From: a virus
Lineage: Duplodnaviria; Caudoviricetes
IMG/VR virus record: IMGVR_UViG_3300025030_000286
Coordinates: 1-35,913 of that record
Strand: one strand, 5' to 3'
DNA length: 35,913 nt
The notes beneath the pieces were generated by a model, which saw nothing but the letters and a program-made list of their open reading frames with translations, was not told the origin of the DNA and did not search any database. A program made the translations under genes and the position numbers. Positions 7,183-16,131 of the stretch are shown piece after piece (position 1 is the first letter of the stretch; each line of letters starts with the position of its first letter).

Positions 7183-8105
7183 TAGATATTCTGGCATTAG
7201 TAGATAGGCCAAAAAGGCCAGCAGGACCGTCCAGTGAGGAAATCTATGATTGCCCATTGTGCGATGATTCTGGAGGTCACTTACGGATAAATAGGAGGAA
7301 GAATTTATGGCATTGTTTCAAATGTGGTGATGGAGGATTAGTAGATCCATTACTTAACATTATGAACAAGGACAAGCCCCTTTTCTCCTTTGATACAGAT
7401 AAAGGAATTAAGGCCCCTATAACTACATTAAGAGTAGAGGACATCATTGAGAAATATGAATTTGATACCATACTTAAGAAAGGATATAGGAACGGAAGTT
7501 ACAAGCCAGATTTAATTGATTCCTCGATTGTAGAATATTTCTTGGGTAGAGGTTATACTCTTAATCAGTTAATCAGGTATGGACTTTCATCATCACCAGA
7601 ATATCCTTACTTCGGAAGGGGTATACTTTATTGGAGGAGGTATAAAGATGCTAATCCCACATACTTTGTTGCTCGTGCTGTTATTACTCCTGACCCTAGA
7701 TATCTTAATCCTACAAACACTAAAGATTTCTTGTGGACCACGTTTTATCTTGATAGCATACCGAGAAAGATGGTTCTGGTTGAAGGTGCTTTGGATGCTA
7801 TTCATACCTCAGTTGTTTGCCATGCTGGGGGCATTCTTGGTTCTAGCTTATCTGACCTTCAGATAGAATTCATCTGTGACTTAATTGATGGAGGACTTGA
7901 GGAGATAGATATTCTTCTGGATAAACCCAAGGCTAGAAAATTCAATGAGAAAGGTAAACCCATAAGAAATGAAACTGATAAGACTTACATAATCTACAAT
8001 CAGATAAAAGACTTAGGGCTTAAGAGGTGCAGACCTATATTCATGGAACATGCAAGCGATCCAGGCTCAGCTTCTATAGAATATTTAATGCAATTAGTAA
8101 GTTAG
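7179..8105 (+). CDS. DNA primase (zinc finger plus TOPRIM)
   Basis: CPLC..H...WHCFKC zinc finger; RYLNP; LVEGALD TOPRIM; SDPG; adjacent to helicase. Confidence 0.88.
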   Translation: MIDILALVDRPKRPAGPSSEEIYDCPLCDDSGGHLRINRRKNLWHCFKCGDGGLVDPLLNIMNKDKPLFSFDTDKGIKAPITTLRVEDIIEKYEFDTILKKGYRNGSYKPDLIDSSIVEYFLGRGYTLNQLIRYGLSSSPEYPYFGRGILYWRRYKDANPTYFVARAVITPDPRYLNPTNTKDFLWTTFYLDSIPRKMVLVEGALDAIHTSVVCHAGGILGSSLSDLQIEFICDLIDGGLEEIDILLDKPKARKFNEKGKPIRNETDKTYIIYNQIKDLGLKRCRPIFMEHASDPGSASIEYLMQLVS

Positions 8106-8117
8106 GGAGGTAACACC

Positions 8118-9353
8118 ATGTCGGTAGAACTTACAACCATCAAGTATCTGCTCACAGAAGATGGTAATAAGTACCTTACGCACCTGAACAAGAACTTCTT
8201 CACAAATGAAATAACACGATTCATGTTCTCCTGTATCTCCAACTTAAATGAAACAGCACATAAAGCACTAGCTCTATCTGAACTAAAGATTCTCTTGTAC
8301 AAAAGGTTTGAAGATGGAGAAGATAAGAAGAAGATTAGAAGATACCTTAGGGTTCTGTCTGATGATTCAATTTCAGTTGACTTCTCGAAGGATATAGTAC
8401 AAGATATAATCCAGAAGTCACAACTCAAGACATTCATTCAGAACATAATTCCTCAGCTTGATTCCTCTGCTCCACTCAATATAGCACAACTCAAACAAGA
8501 CTTCAATAGAATAGTAGAGGATACTTCATCATCCAAATATGAACTGCATAGTCTTGAAGATTGTGATAGAAGAGATTGGTCTGAAGGTTCAGCTGTACCA
8601 ACATTCTCACACAAGCTTAATGAGTTATTGTTAGGGGGACTATTTCCTGGTGAACTTGGTATCATACAAGCTAATCCTGGAATAGGTAAAACTCTTACAG
8701 CAATCAACATGGCATTTGCTGCAGCAATCAATGGATTCGTTGTTTGGTTTGTTACGCTTGATGAGATGGGTAAAGATATAGCTACACGAATGGATCTCAA
8801 GCTTGCAAGATATAGGGGTAAGAGAGCTTGGGCAAATCGTATCCACATAATAGATTTCTCCGATGGAGCCAGGACAGCAGACTTACAAATACTTCTTGAA
8901 CAGAATGGTACTCCTGGACTAATCATAACAGATGGTACAGATGATTTCATTGATTCAAACAAAGGTGACGATGGTGAGAGGCAGAGATTAGGTAGAGTAT
9001 ATAAATCCCTCAGAAGATTATCAAGAAGGAAGTCTGGTCCTGTTCCTATGTGGCTCACCACTCAATCAACAGCAGCATCTGAAACCAAACTTAAGAAGGG
9101 TATGTTTGATATGGCAGAGAATAAGGTAGCTAAAGCTGGTGAGGCTTCAGTTATCATATCAATCAATCAGACCGAAGAAGAATCAGAACATGATATGGCA
9201 AGGCTATTCCTGTCTAAAGCAAGAAGGCCTTGTGGTCCAGGACATAGTGTTACATTGAAATATGATAGGTCAGGACAATCCCTATCAGATGAAGATGCAG
9301 ATGAGGAAGAGGTAATGGAATCATTAAAGAATGTAAGGAGGGGCAAACGATAA
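8118..9353 (+). CDS. DnaB-like (SF4) replicative helicase
   Basis: GGLFPGEL, Walker A ANPGIGKT, IITDG Walker B, WLTTQ, KAR arginine finger. Confidence 0.9.
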   Translation: MSVELTTIKYLLTEDGNKYLTHLNKNFFTNEITRFMFSCISNLNETAHKALALSELKILLYKRFEDGEDKKKIRRYLRVLSDDSISVDFSKDIVQDIIQKSQLKTFIQNIIPQLDSSAPLNIAQLKQDFNRIVEDTSSSKYELHSLEDCDRRDWSEGSAVPTFSHKLNELLLGGLFPGELGIIQANPGIGKTLTAINMAFAAAINGFVVWFVTLDEMGKDIATRMDLKLARYRGKRAWANRIHIIDFSDGARTADLQILLEQNGTPGLIITDGTDDFIDSNKGDDGERQRLGRVYKSLRRLSRRKSGPVPMWLTTQSTAASETKLKKGMFDMAENKVAKAGEASVIISINQTEEESEHDMARLFLSKARRPCGPGHSVTLKYDRSGQSLSDEDADEEEVMESLKNVRRGKR

Positions 9354-9411
9354 ATTAAATTTCCTCTTGTAATCCATCAAGCGCTATTAACAAAAATACA
9401 AACAGGAGGAC

Positions 9412-9460
9412 CATAAAGCTTGCATAAAAGGATTTTGTTCCATCGTCCTATAGGAAACCT
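9412..9460. repeat. Dispersed intergenic element (related copies near 3025-3074 inverted, 17461-17493, 21529-21560)
   Basis: CATAAAGCTTGCATAAAAG at 9412-9430 is the exact reverse complement of 3056-3074; GCTTGCATAAAAGGATT identical at 9418-9434 and 21529-21545. Confidence 0.8.
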
Positions 9461-9499
9461 AGTACGTTGTAAATTTATCCATTACGAAAGGACTACCAA

Positions 9500-10252
9500 A
9501 TGAGAATCTATGCTGACATTTACGAAGCTACACGAGAAATTGAAAGAGACCTTGTTGAGATGGGTATTTATTCTCACTCTAAGACAATGCAGAATAAGAC
9601 AGTAGCAGATGATCTTGGCTTTGCTACCAAGGAGTTGATGGGGTATAGTTACAGTATACCAATTTTCAATATACTACTTCCAGACTTCAATCCAGGTAAG
9701 CTTAAGAAGACTTCAGAGTATCTTAACAAGGACTTTGACAAACTCTTTGAGTATTGTATTCAGGAGATAGGAGATAGGATATGCAATGCTCCTAATCCCG
9801 GACTATCACATAAGATATTTCCTGAGGTATGGGAAGAGTTCCTAAATGAGCTTGGTAAATTTGATTACACCTACGGAGAACGATATCACATGTTCAATCA
9901 ATATGGTATGGTCATCGAGGAGCTACAGAATAACCTTGAAAGTAGGAGGGCAGTACTATCTGTCTTTGATATTCAGGAAGATGTACATAACAGAATGAAT
10001 GGCTTGAGAATTCCTTGCTCGATGTACTATCAGTTTCTTGTAAGGAATGTTAATGGAGTTAATAAACTTTCAGTCATATACAACATGAGATCATGTGACT
10101 TCTACTTGCACTGGATAAATGATGTTGTCATGACTATGATGTTAGCTGCTTTGATTGCTAACAGATTACAGATAGAGCTTGGTGACTTCATTCATCAGAT
10201 CGGCTCATTCCATGCATACAGGAAAGACTATGAGACCAGAGGTGTATTCTAA
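9500..10252 (+). CDS. Thymidylate synthase-fold enzyme, dCMP (hydroxy)methylase-type
   Basis: YTYGER, SRRAV, IPCSMYYQFLVR (catalytic Cys), MRSCDFYLHWIND, GSFHAY. Confidence 0.88.
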   Translation: MRIYADIYEATREIERDLVEMGIYSHSKTMQNKTVADDLGFATKELMGYSYSIPIFNILLPDFNPGKLKKTSEYLNKDFDKLFEYCIQEIGDRICNAPNPGLSHKIFPEVWEEFLNELGKFDYTYGERYHMFNQYGMVIEELQNNLESRRAVLSVFDIQEDVHNRMNGLRIPCSMYYQFLVRNVNGVNKLSVIYNMRSCDFYLHWINDVVMTMMLAALIANRLQIELGDFIHQIGSFHAYRKDYETRGVF

Positions 10253-11154
10253 TGAAACGGATAATGAAAGCTGAATCTTTAGATACTTACGAAGATCTGA
10301 AGCGACTTAGGTTTCCTCTGTTGGGGTCAGTTAAGATTGATGGATGGAGGTGTTCTATACAGAATGGAATAGCTTTATCCAGCAAGCTTAAGCTGATAAG
10401 AAACCTACACGTAAGGAAACTATTATCCCAAACAAAATTTGAGGGACTTGATGGTGAGCTTACAGTAGGCCCAAGGAATGCACACAATGTATATAACAGA
10501 ACATCAAGTGGTATAGGTTCTGCTGAAGGTGAGCCTAAGTTCTTCTTCCATGTATTCGATATTATGATTGCAGATACTACTTATGATAAGAGGTATGAAC
10601 TTATAGCCAGGAAATTTCTTGATCATCCTTTCATAAGAGTACTACCTCAACGAATGTTGTACACCATCAATGAGGTTCTGGAATTTGAAGCTGAAGCTTT
10701 AAGAAAAGGATATGAAGGTATCATGCTTCGTAATCCACAGGGACTATATAAACATGGAAGGGCTACACTCAAGGAACAATACCTGCTTAAGAGAAAACCA
10801 TTCAAAGATACAGAAGGTAAGGTGGTAGGATTCTATGAACAGGAAAAGAACTGTAATGAACAGAAGACAGTAGAGACTGGATTGAATAAGAGATCACACT
10901 GTAAAGCAGGTATGGTTCCCAAAGGAACTCTTGGTGGATTCTTACTTGAATGTAAGGAATGGCCTGGACAGGTACTCCGATGTGGTACAGGTAAAGGACT
11001 TACTGAGAATTTAAGAAAGACTATCTGGAGAGATAGAGATTGTTATCTTGGTAAGCTTATTAAGTTTCGGTATCAGGAAATAGGAACTAAAGATAAGCCA
11101 AGGATACCAATCTTCTTGGGATTCAGAGACCCAATTGATATGACTGATTACTAG
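10252..11154 (+). CDS. ATP-dependent DNA ligase
   Basis: KIDGWR (motif I), LDGEL, FHVFD, YEGIMLR, LLKRK, C-terminal PRIPIFLGFR. Confidence 0.95.
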   Translation: MKRIMKAESLDTYEDLKRLRFPLLGSVKIDGWRCSIQNGIALSSKLKLIRNLHVRKLLSQTKFEGLDGELTVGPRNAHNVYNRTSSGIGSAEGEPKFFFHVFDIMIADTTYDKRYELIARKFLDHPFIRVLPQRMLYTINEVLEFEAEALRKGYEGIMLRNPQGLYKHGRATLKEQYLLKRKPFKDTEGKVVGFYEQEKNCNEQKTVETGLNKRSHCKAGMVPKGTLGGFLLECKEWPGQVLRCGTGKGLTENLRKTIWRDRDCYLGKLIKFRYQEIGTKDKPRIPIFLGFRDPIDMTDY

Positions 11155-11162
11155 GAGAACAC

Positions 11163-11909
11163 ATGCTAACAATATCTGCATACAATGCTGAGGACTTTTA
11201 CCTAAAGGCAAATGAAACCTTATTCACAATTGAAGCTGCACCTTGTATATACTACAGGGGATATCAAAAGCTTCATCTTAACTTCATTGGATATCTAAGT
11301 CAGCTTGGTAAATTACCTTGGGACTTATCCGACATGGGATATACCAAGACCAAGCTTAACAACCTGATTAAGTTTTATTCTTCAGTGCAGGAAATAGAGA
11401 AATATAAAAGGGAACTTAAGAAAGCACAAGGAAAAGATCAAGCCTCCATATACTTCTCAACTGTGGGTGAATACAAGGGAGACAACAAGAAAGATCATTG
11501 CATTAGGGGTATTGGTGTAAACCTTATCAAAGGAGAGATAGTTAATGCACATATCTTTTATCGTTCTTCTGAGCTATCTCGTAAGTTTCTCGCTGATCTT
11601 ATTTTCTTCAGTAGCTATCTGTTTCCTCTCTTGGAAATCAAGAATGATGTTCCCATTACAATTCATTTTACCTGTTGTTATGTTCATGCTAAACAGTTTC
11701 CTATGTTCGCTGTACTTGATCAATATCTGGAGTTTATCGAATTCGAAGACAAGAAAATGGAAGCTATGGTCTTCAAGAACCTCAGAGACATAACTACAAA
11801 TGACAAGGAAGGATTCGGGCTAGTGAAGACCACCAACAAGATATTCAGGAGTAGATATAAACAAGATAAAGAATTGAAAAAGATCATTGATAAAATCATA
11901 ACAAAGTAG
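11163..11909 (+). CDS. Divergent thymidylate synthase-fold protein
   Basis: DHCIRGI...HIFYRSSELSRKFLADL parallels the PC...RSxD(x7)D core of the 9500 gene; context of nucleotide metabolism genes. Confidence 0.6.
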   Translation: MLTISAYNAEDFYLKANETLFTIEAAPCIYYRGYQKLHLNFIGYLSQLGKLPWDLSDMGYTKTKLNNLIKFYSSVQEIEKYKRELKKAQGKDQASIYFSTVGEYKGDNKKDHCIRGIGVNLIKGEIVNAHIFYRSSELSRKFLADLIFFSSYLFPLLEIKNDVPITIHFTCCYVHAKQFPMFAVLDQYLEFIEFEDKKMEAMVFKNLRDITTNDKEGFGLVKTTNKIFRSRYKQDKELKKIIDKIITK

Positions 11910-11938
11910 TTTACAAGTGTATTTATATATGATATATT
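11910..11938 (+). promoter_or_regulatory. sigma70-like promoter upstream of deaminase/polymerase
   Basis: TTTACA-N17-TATATT with TGn extended -10. Confidence 0.6.
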
Positions 11939-11959
11939 ATAACCAAATCGGAGGATGCA

Positions 11960-12403
11960 ATGGAAAGAACTCACCGCATAGATTACTATCTCAAGATGGC
12001 TTTGATGGTAGCTGAAAGAAGCACATGCTCAAGGGGGAAAGTAGGAGCTATTCTTACTAACCATAATAGAATAGTTGGTGTTGGATATAATGGTGGACCC
12101 AAAGGGACTAAGCATTGTATTGATAAATTAGTTCATACAGCTTGTGGTTGTATAACAGATGAACTTGGACGATGTGCCATATCCATTCATGCTGAGGTAA
12201 ATGCAATTCTTTCCAGGGAAGGACAACACCAACCAACAGATGAATTAGTTATGTACTGTACTCATCAATCATGCAGACATTGCTACAGGATAATGAAACA
12301 ATATGGTGTCTCCATAATCTACTACATAAAAGAATATCCTGATGATGTAAGAGACAAGCTTAGAAATGAATGGAATCTTCCAATGAATCAGGTAACTCTA
12401 TGA
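11960..12403 (+). CDS. dCMP deaminase
   Basis: RSTC..KVGA, GYNG, IHAEVNAI, SCRHC zinc ligands. Confidence 0.93.
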   Translation: MERTHRIDYYLKMALMVAERSTCSRGKVGAILTNHNRIVGVGYNGGPKGTKHCIDKLVHTACGCITDELGRCAISIHAEVNAILSREGQHQPTDELVMYCTHQSCRHCYRIMKQYGVSIIYYIKEYPDDVRDKLRNEWNLPMNQVTL

Positions 12404-12576
12404 TGAAAATAAAGATAGGACCTTCTAGAGATGTCCAATACAACAGGCGAGGAAGGTTTGATATTGCTATAAGTAATAATGGGTGGATGTGGACAGTACA
12501 ATCATTCAAGCCAAGTCAATTAATTATGCTACATAGAGTCTTAACTAAATTCCTCAAGAAGCGAGGATTGATATAA
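12400..12576 (+). CDS. Small hypothetical protein
   Basis: ATGA and TAATG coupling to neighbours. Confidence 0.55.
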   Translation: MMKIKIGPSRDVQYNRRGRFDIAISNNGWMWTVQSFKPSQLIMLHRVLTKFLKKRGLI

Positions 12577-15059
12577 TGTTATATAATCCTGACTGCATAC
12601 TATGCGATAACCATAAGAATTCCAAGAATCCTTGTATGTATGGGCAAGGACCTACGAATCCTAAGCTCATGTTTATAGCTGAGTCTGTGGATAAGATGGA
12701 GGATGATTCTGGTAGACTTCTTCAAGGTAAGCCAGGTAAGACCCTCGATATTATTCTAGATCATCTTGAACTTACTCGTGATGATGTATACATAACCAAT
12801 GCAGTTAAGTGTAGGCCCTTCAACGATGGTAAGCCTACTCAAAAAGAAATTAAGACTTGCAAGCTATATCTTGAAGATGAGATAGAAAGAATCAAGCCTG
12901 AAGTAATAATAACTCTTGGAGCTGTACCACTCAAAGCTTTGCTTGGTCTTTCAGGTGTAGATAAGAACAGAAGAAAAGAGTTTGAGTATAAAGGAATCAA
13001 GGTCTTTGCTACATACAATCCTTCCATCTGTTTCTATAAAGGTCCAGCCTTTGCTAATGAGATAGCTGATGATATAAAGTTTGCCTTAGGTGATATCACA
13101 GAAGAGAATATACCTTTCACTTTCATAAAGAAGATCAAGTGGAGTGAATGGCTTACACCTCTTATGTGTTTAGATATAGAGACTAACGAAGATGACAAAG
13201 GAGGATTCTACGATACCTTCGATGATGACTTTGAAATAGAATGTATGTCGGTAACAAATGAAAGGAATGAAGTTGTATACCTTGAAGGACAAGATAACTG
13301 TGTAGCCTTTGCCAATCGCTTACTTGAGAAAGGTGAAGGTAAGATTACAGTAGTAGGACATAATAACAAGTATGACTTTAAGGCTTTGAGAAAAGCAGGT
13401 CTTGATCAGATCAGATTCATAAACATGAAGATCTTCGATACCCTTACGGCTCTATCACATATTGATGAGAACTATCCTAACAAATCTCTTGAACATTCTT
13501 GTCAAATGTGGTGTGGAGTTCCTGCTTGGAAACATCTTTACGATACAGATAGAAAGACTTACAATGCTTTAGACGTAGTTAATAATATGTCTCTGGCTAA
13601 AACGATCATACCGGAGCTTAATCGGCAGCAAGTAACTAAGATCTTTATGCAGGATATGGAAACTCTCAAAGCTCTTACAGAGATAGAATTGAACGGAATG
13701 AAAGTGCATCAGGTAAGGCTTAAGAATCTGAGTGTAAGATACCTCAAGGAAATAAAAAGACTCGAGAAGATGATACCTGTTGATAATCCTAATTCAGGAC
13801 AACAGATAGCCGACCTCATATATAATAAGCACAGACTACCTATTCCTGATGAAGCCTATATAGACAAGAAGACTCACAAGACAAAGAAGTCAATTGTTAA
13901 TGCTAAAGCTAAAAAGAAACCATGGAAGAAGAACTTATCTACAGCTAGAGAAATACTTCTTGAGATATTGAAAGATGTAGAGGATGATGAAACAAGGAAT
14001 CTTATTGCTACAATAGTACGATACAAATCTCTTGTCAATACAAGGAACACTTTCATAACTGGATGGAGATCAAGGATTAGATCAGATGGTTGTCTACATC
14101 AAACTTATACCTTGGCCAAGTCTGAGCTTGGAGATAAAGATTCTGAGGGAGGTACAGTAACTGGTAGGCTTGGGTGTAAAGATCCTAACCTTATGAACAT
14201 ACCTCGTGAGAAACAAACGATGGAAGAAGAAATGGAGGATAATCTGAAGAAGTATGGATTTGAATTCATATCAACTTCTATACCTCATGACTGGAATGTT
14301 AAAAGGTGTATTATCTCCAGGTTCAAAGGCGGATTGATAAGACAAGACGATGCTGACCAAGCTGAGATGAGAGGCTTTGCTAATTTCTCAGGAGACCCAA
14401 TTCTCATAGCCATATTCATGGATGGAATTGATATTCACCAAGGTGCTGCAGCTGAGGCATTCAAGATAAAGCTCGAAGAAGTAACCAAGTTCCAAAGGAA
14501 GGCAGCCAAGACATTGAACTTCGGAGTTATATATCTTTCTGGTGTACAAACAATGGCAGTCAAGATGGATGTTACCAGACAGGAGATGCAAGGATTCATG
14601 GACAACTATGCCAAGAGATTCAAGGTAGGTTGGAAATGGAGAGATACAGAAGCAGGTAAGATAATCAAGAATGGAAATGCCAGGAACGTATTTGGAAGAA
14701 TTAGACATCTACCTGGAGCTTCACAAGCTACACCAATGGGTAGAGCTAAGATAAGAGAAGGAGTTAACTTTCTAGTTCAGGGTCCAGTAGCAGAACTAAC
14801 AAAGTATGTAATGACCAAGATAACATTTGCCCTGATAAAAGGAGGATTCAAATCATGTGTTATTGGTAACATTCACGATGCTATAGTAACAGATATTCAT
14901 CCAAAAGAAAAGGAGGAGGTATCACAAGTCATTGATAAATTTACAAAGAAAGGACATGTGATTCTGAGTAAGTACCCAGTACCATTTGTATTCACAAGTG
15001 AAATAGGTCCCAACCTGATGGAAACAAAAGAGATAGAGGAGGAACAAAACAATGGCTAA
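12576..15059 (+). CDS. Family A DNA polymerase with N-terminal UDG family-4-like domain and 3'-5' exonuclease
   Basis: CxxC...YITNAVKCRP UDG-like domain; DIET, HNNKYD, YNALD exonuclease motifs; TGRL, PNLMNIP, DADQAEMR (A), RKAAKTLNFGVIY (B), IHDA (C). Confidence 0.95.
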   Translation: MLYNPDCILCDNHKNSKNPCMYGQGPTNPKLMFIAESVDKMEDDSGRLLQGKPGKTLDIILDHLELTRDDVYITNAVKCRPFNDGKPTQKEIKTCKLYLEDEIERIKPEVIITLGAVPLKALLGLSGVDKNRRKEFEYKGIKVFATYNPSICFYKGPAFANEIADDIKFALGDITEENIPFTFIKKIKWSEWLTPLMCLDIETNEDDKGGFYDTFDDDFEIECMSVTNERNEVVYLEGQDNCVAFANRLLEKGEGKITVVGHNNKYDFKALRKAGLDQIRFINMKIFDTLTALSHIDENYPNKSLEHSCQMWCGVPAWKHLYDTDRKTYNALDVVNNMSLAKTIIPELNRQQVTKIFMQDMETLKALTEIELNGMKVHQVRLKNLSVRYLKEIKRLEKMIPVDNPNSGQQIADLIYNKHRLPIPDEAYIDKKTHKTKKSIVNAKAKKKPWKKNLSTAREILLEILKDVEDDETRNLIATIVRYKSLVNTRNTFITGWRSRIRSDGCLHQTYTLAKSELGDKDSEGGTVTGRLGCKDPNLMNIPREKQTMEEEMEDNLKKYGFEFISTSIPHDWNVKRCIISRFKGGLIRQDDADQAEMRGFANFSGDPILIAIFMDGIDIHQGAAAEAFKIKLEEVTKFQRKAAKTLNFGVIYLSGVQTMAVKMDVTRQEMQGFMDNYAKRFKVGWKWRDTEAGKIIKNGNARNVFGRIRHLPGASQATPMGRAKIREGVNFLVQGPVAELTKYVMTKITFALIKGGFKSCVIGNIHDAIVTDIHPKEKEEVSQVIDKFTKKGHVILSKYPVPFVFTSEIGPNLMETKEIEEEQNNG

Positions 15060-16077
15060 AGAGAAAGAGAAAGCTGGTAAGACTGGACGTAGAACAAATC
15101 TTGAAGCTGCAGTAGAAGGTCTTTCTGGAATGGAAGGAGGAGCTTGGTTCAAGCCTCAGCAAGGTAAGAATCAGATACGTATCCTTCCTGCTTACCATAC
15201 CAAAGGTCCTAATGCTGGTATCTTTTTCAATAAGAAGATCATGCATAAGGGCATTCCACTTGACGGAAGAAGCACGGGTCTGGCATGTGTAAAGAGCTTT
15301 GATGCTGATGGTGAATGTCCAATCTGTAACTTCATCAATGCTCTAAAAGAAAGCGAGTCTGGGAAAGATCAGAAGATGGCCAAGGTCCTCCGGCCTCAGA
15401 CAGTATTCTTCGTTAACATACTGAACAGGAAAACCAACAAGCTTCAGAAGTACTCCATGAGTAAGTCGATCATGAAGATCATCCGTGGCTACCTGGTTGA
15501 TGAAGACTATGGAGATATCACAGACCCAGATGAAGGTTATGATGTTGTCATTGAGAGAGAAGGTGAAGGTCTCTCCACGAAGTATGCAGTAAAGGTTAAA
15601 CCCAAGACTTCGGAGATTGGATATGAAGACTGGGAAGAAGATATGTTTGACATCTTTGCAGATGGTGAATGTTGCGATAAGCTGAATGAAGCTACTGCTT
15701 ATGGAAAGATGAAGCAGGCATTCGGTAAGCTCTTCACCAAACTCATTGATCCTCCCAAAGGATTCAAAGAGAATGACGATGACGACGACAACGATGATGA
15801 CGAGGAAGAAGAAGTAAAAGAAACAAAGAAGTCCAGTAAGAAGAGCAAAGAGGAAGACAAGAAGAAAGATAAAAAGCAGGACAAGAAGAAGCAGAAGGAA
15901 GAGGAAGAAGAAACTGAAGAAGAGGTTGATCTTGATGAACTCGATCGAGATGAACTGAAACAATTCATTGCTGATAATGATCTGGAAATCAAAGTCAAGA
16001 AGAGTATGTCTGACGATGACCTTCGAGAAGCTATCGAGAAAGCAATGAAAGATGTACCCTGGGAAGAGGAAGATTAA
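15052..16077 (+). CDS. Single-stranded DNA-binding protein (gp32-like) with acidic tail
   Basis: WFKP..GKNQIRILP, CPIC, DITDPDEGYDV..R.G....T.Y; long D/E/K-rich C-terminus. Confidence 0.75.
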   Translation: MAKEKEKAGKTGRRTNLEAAVEGLSGMEGGAWFKPQQGKNQIRILPAYHTKGPNAGIFFNKKIMHKGIPLDGRSTGLACVKSFDADGECPICNFINALKESESGKDQKMAKVLRPQTVFFVNILNRKTNKLQKYSMSKSIMKIIRGYLVDEDYGDITDPDEGYDVVIEREGEGLSTKYAVKVKPKTSEIGYEDWEEDMFDIFADGECCDKLNEATAYGKMKQAFGKLFTKLIDPPKGFKENDDDDDNDDDEEEEVKETKKSSKKSKEEDKKKDKKQDKKKQKEEEEETEEEVDLDELDRDELKQFIADNDLEIKVKKSMSDDDLREAIEKAMKDVPWEEED

Positions 16078-16092
16078 TTATCTGCAATCATG

Positions 16093-16112
16093 GGGGAGTC
16101 TCCGGGCTCCCC
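16093..16112 (+). terminator. GC-rich stem-loop after the SSB gene
   Basis: GGGGAGTC-tccg-GGCTCCCC; no clear U-tract. Confidence 0.45.
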
Positions 16113-16131
16113 TATTACTCCGGAGGATATT

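Noticed and set aside
9405-9430. sigma54 promoter suggested by TTGCA in the dispersed element
   Set aside because: No GG at the required GG-N10-GC spacing in the copies examined
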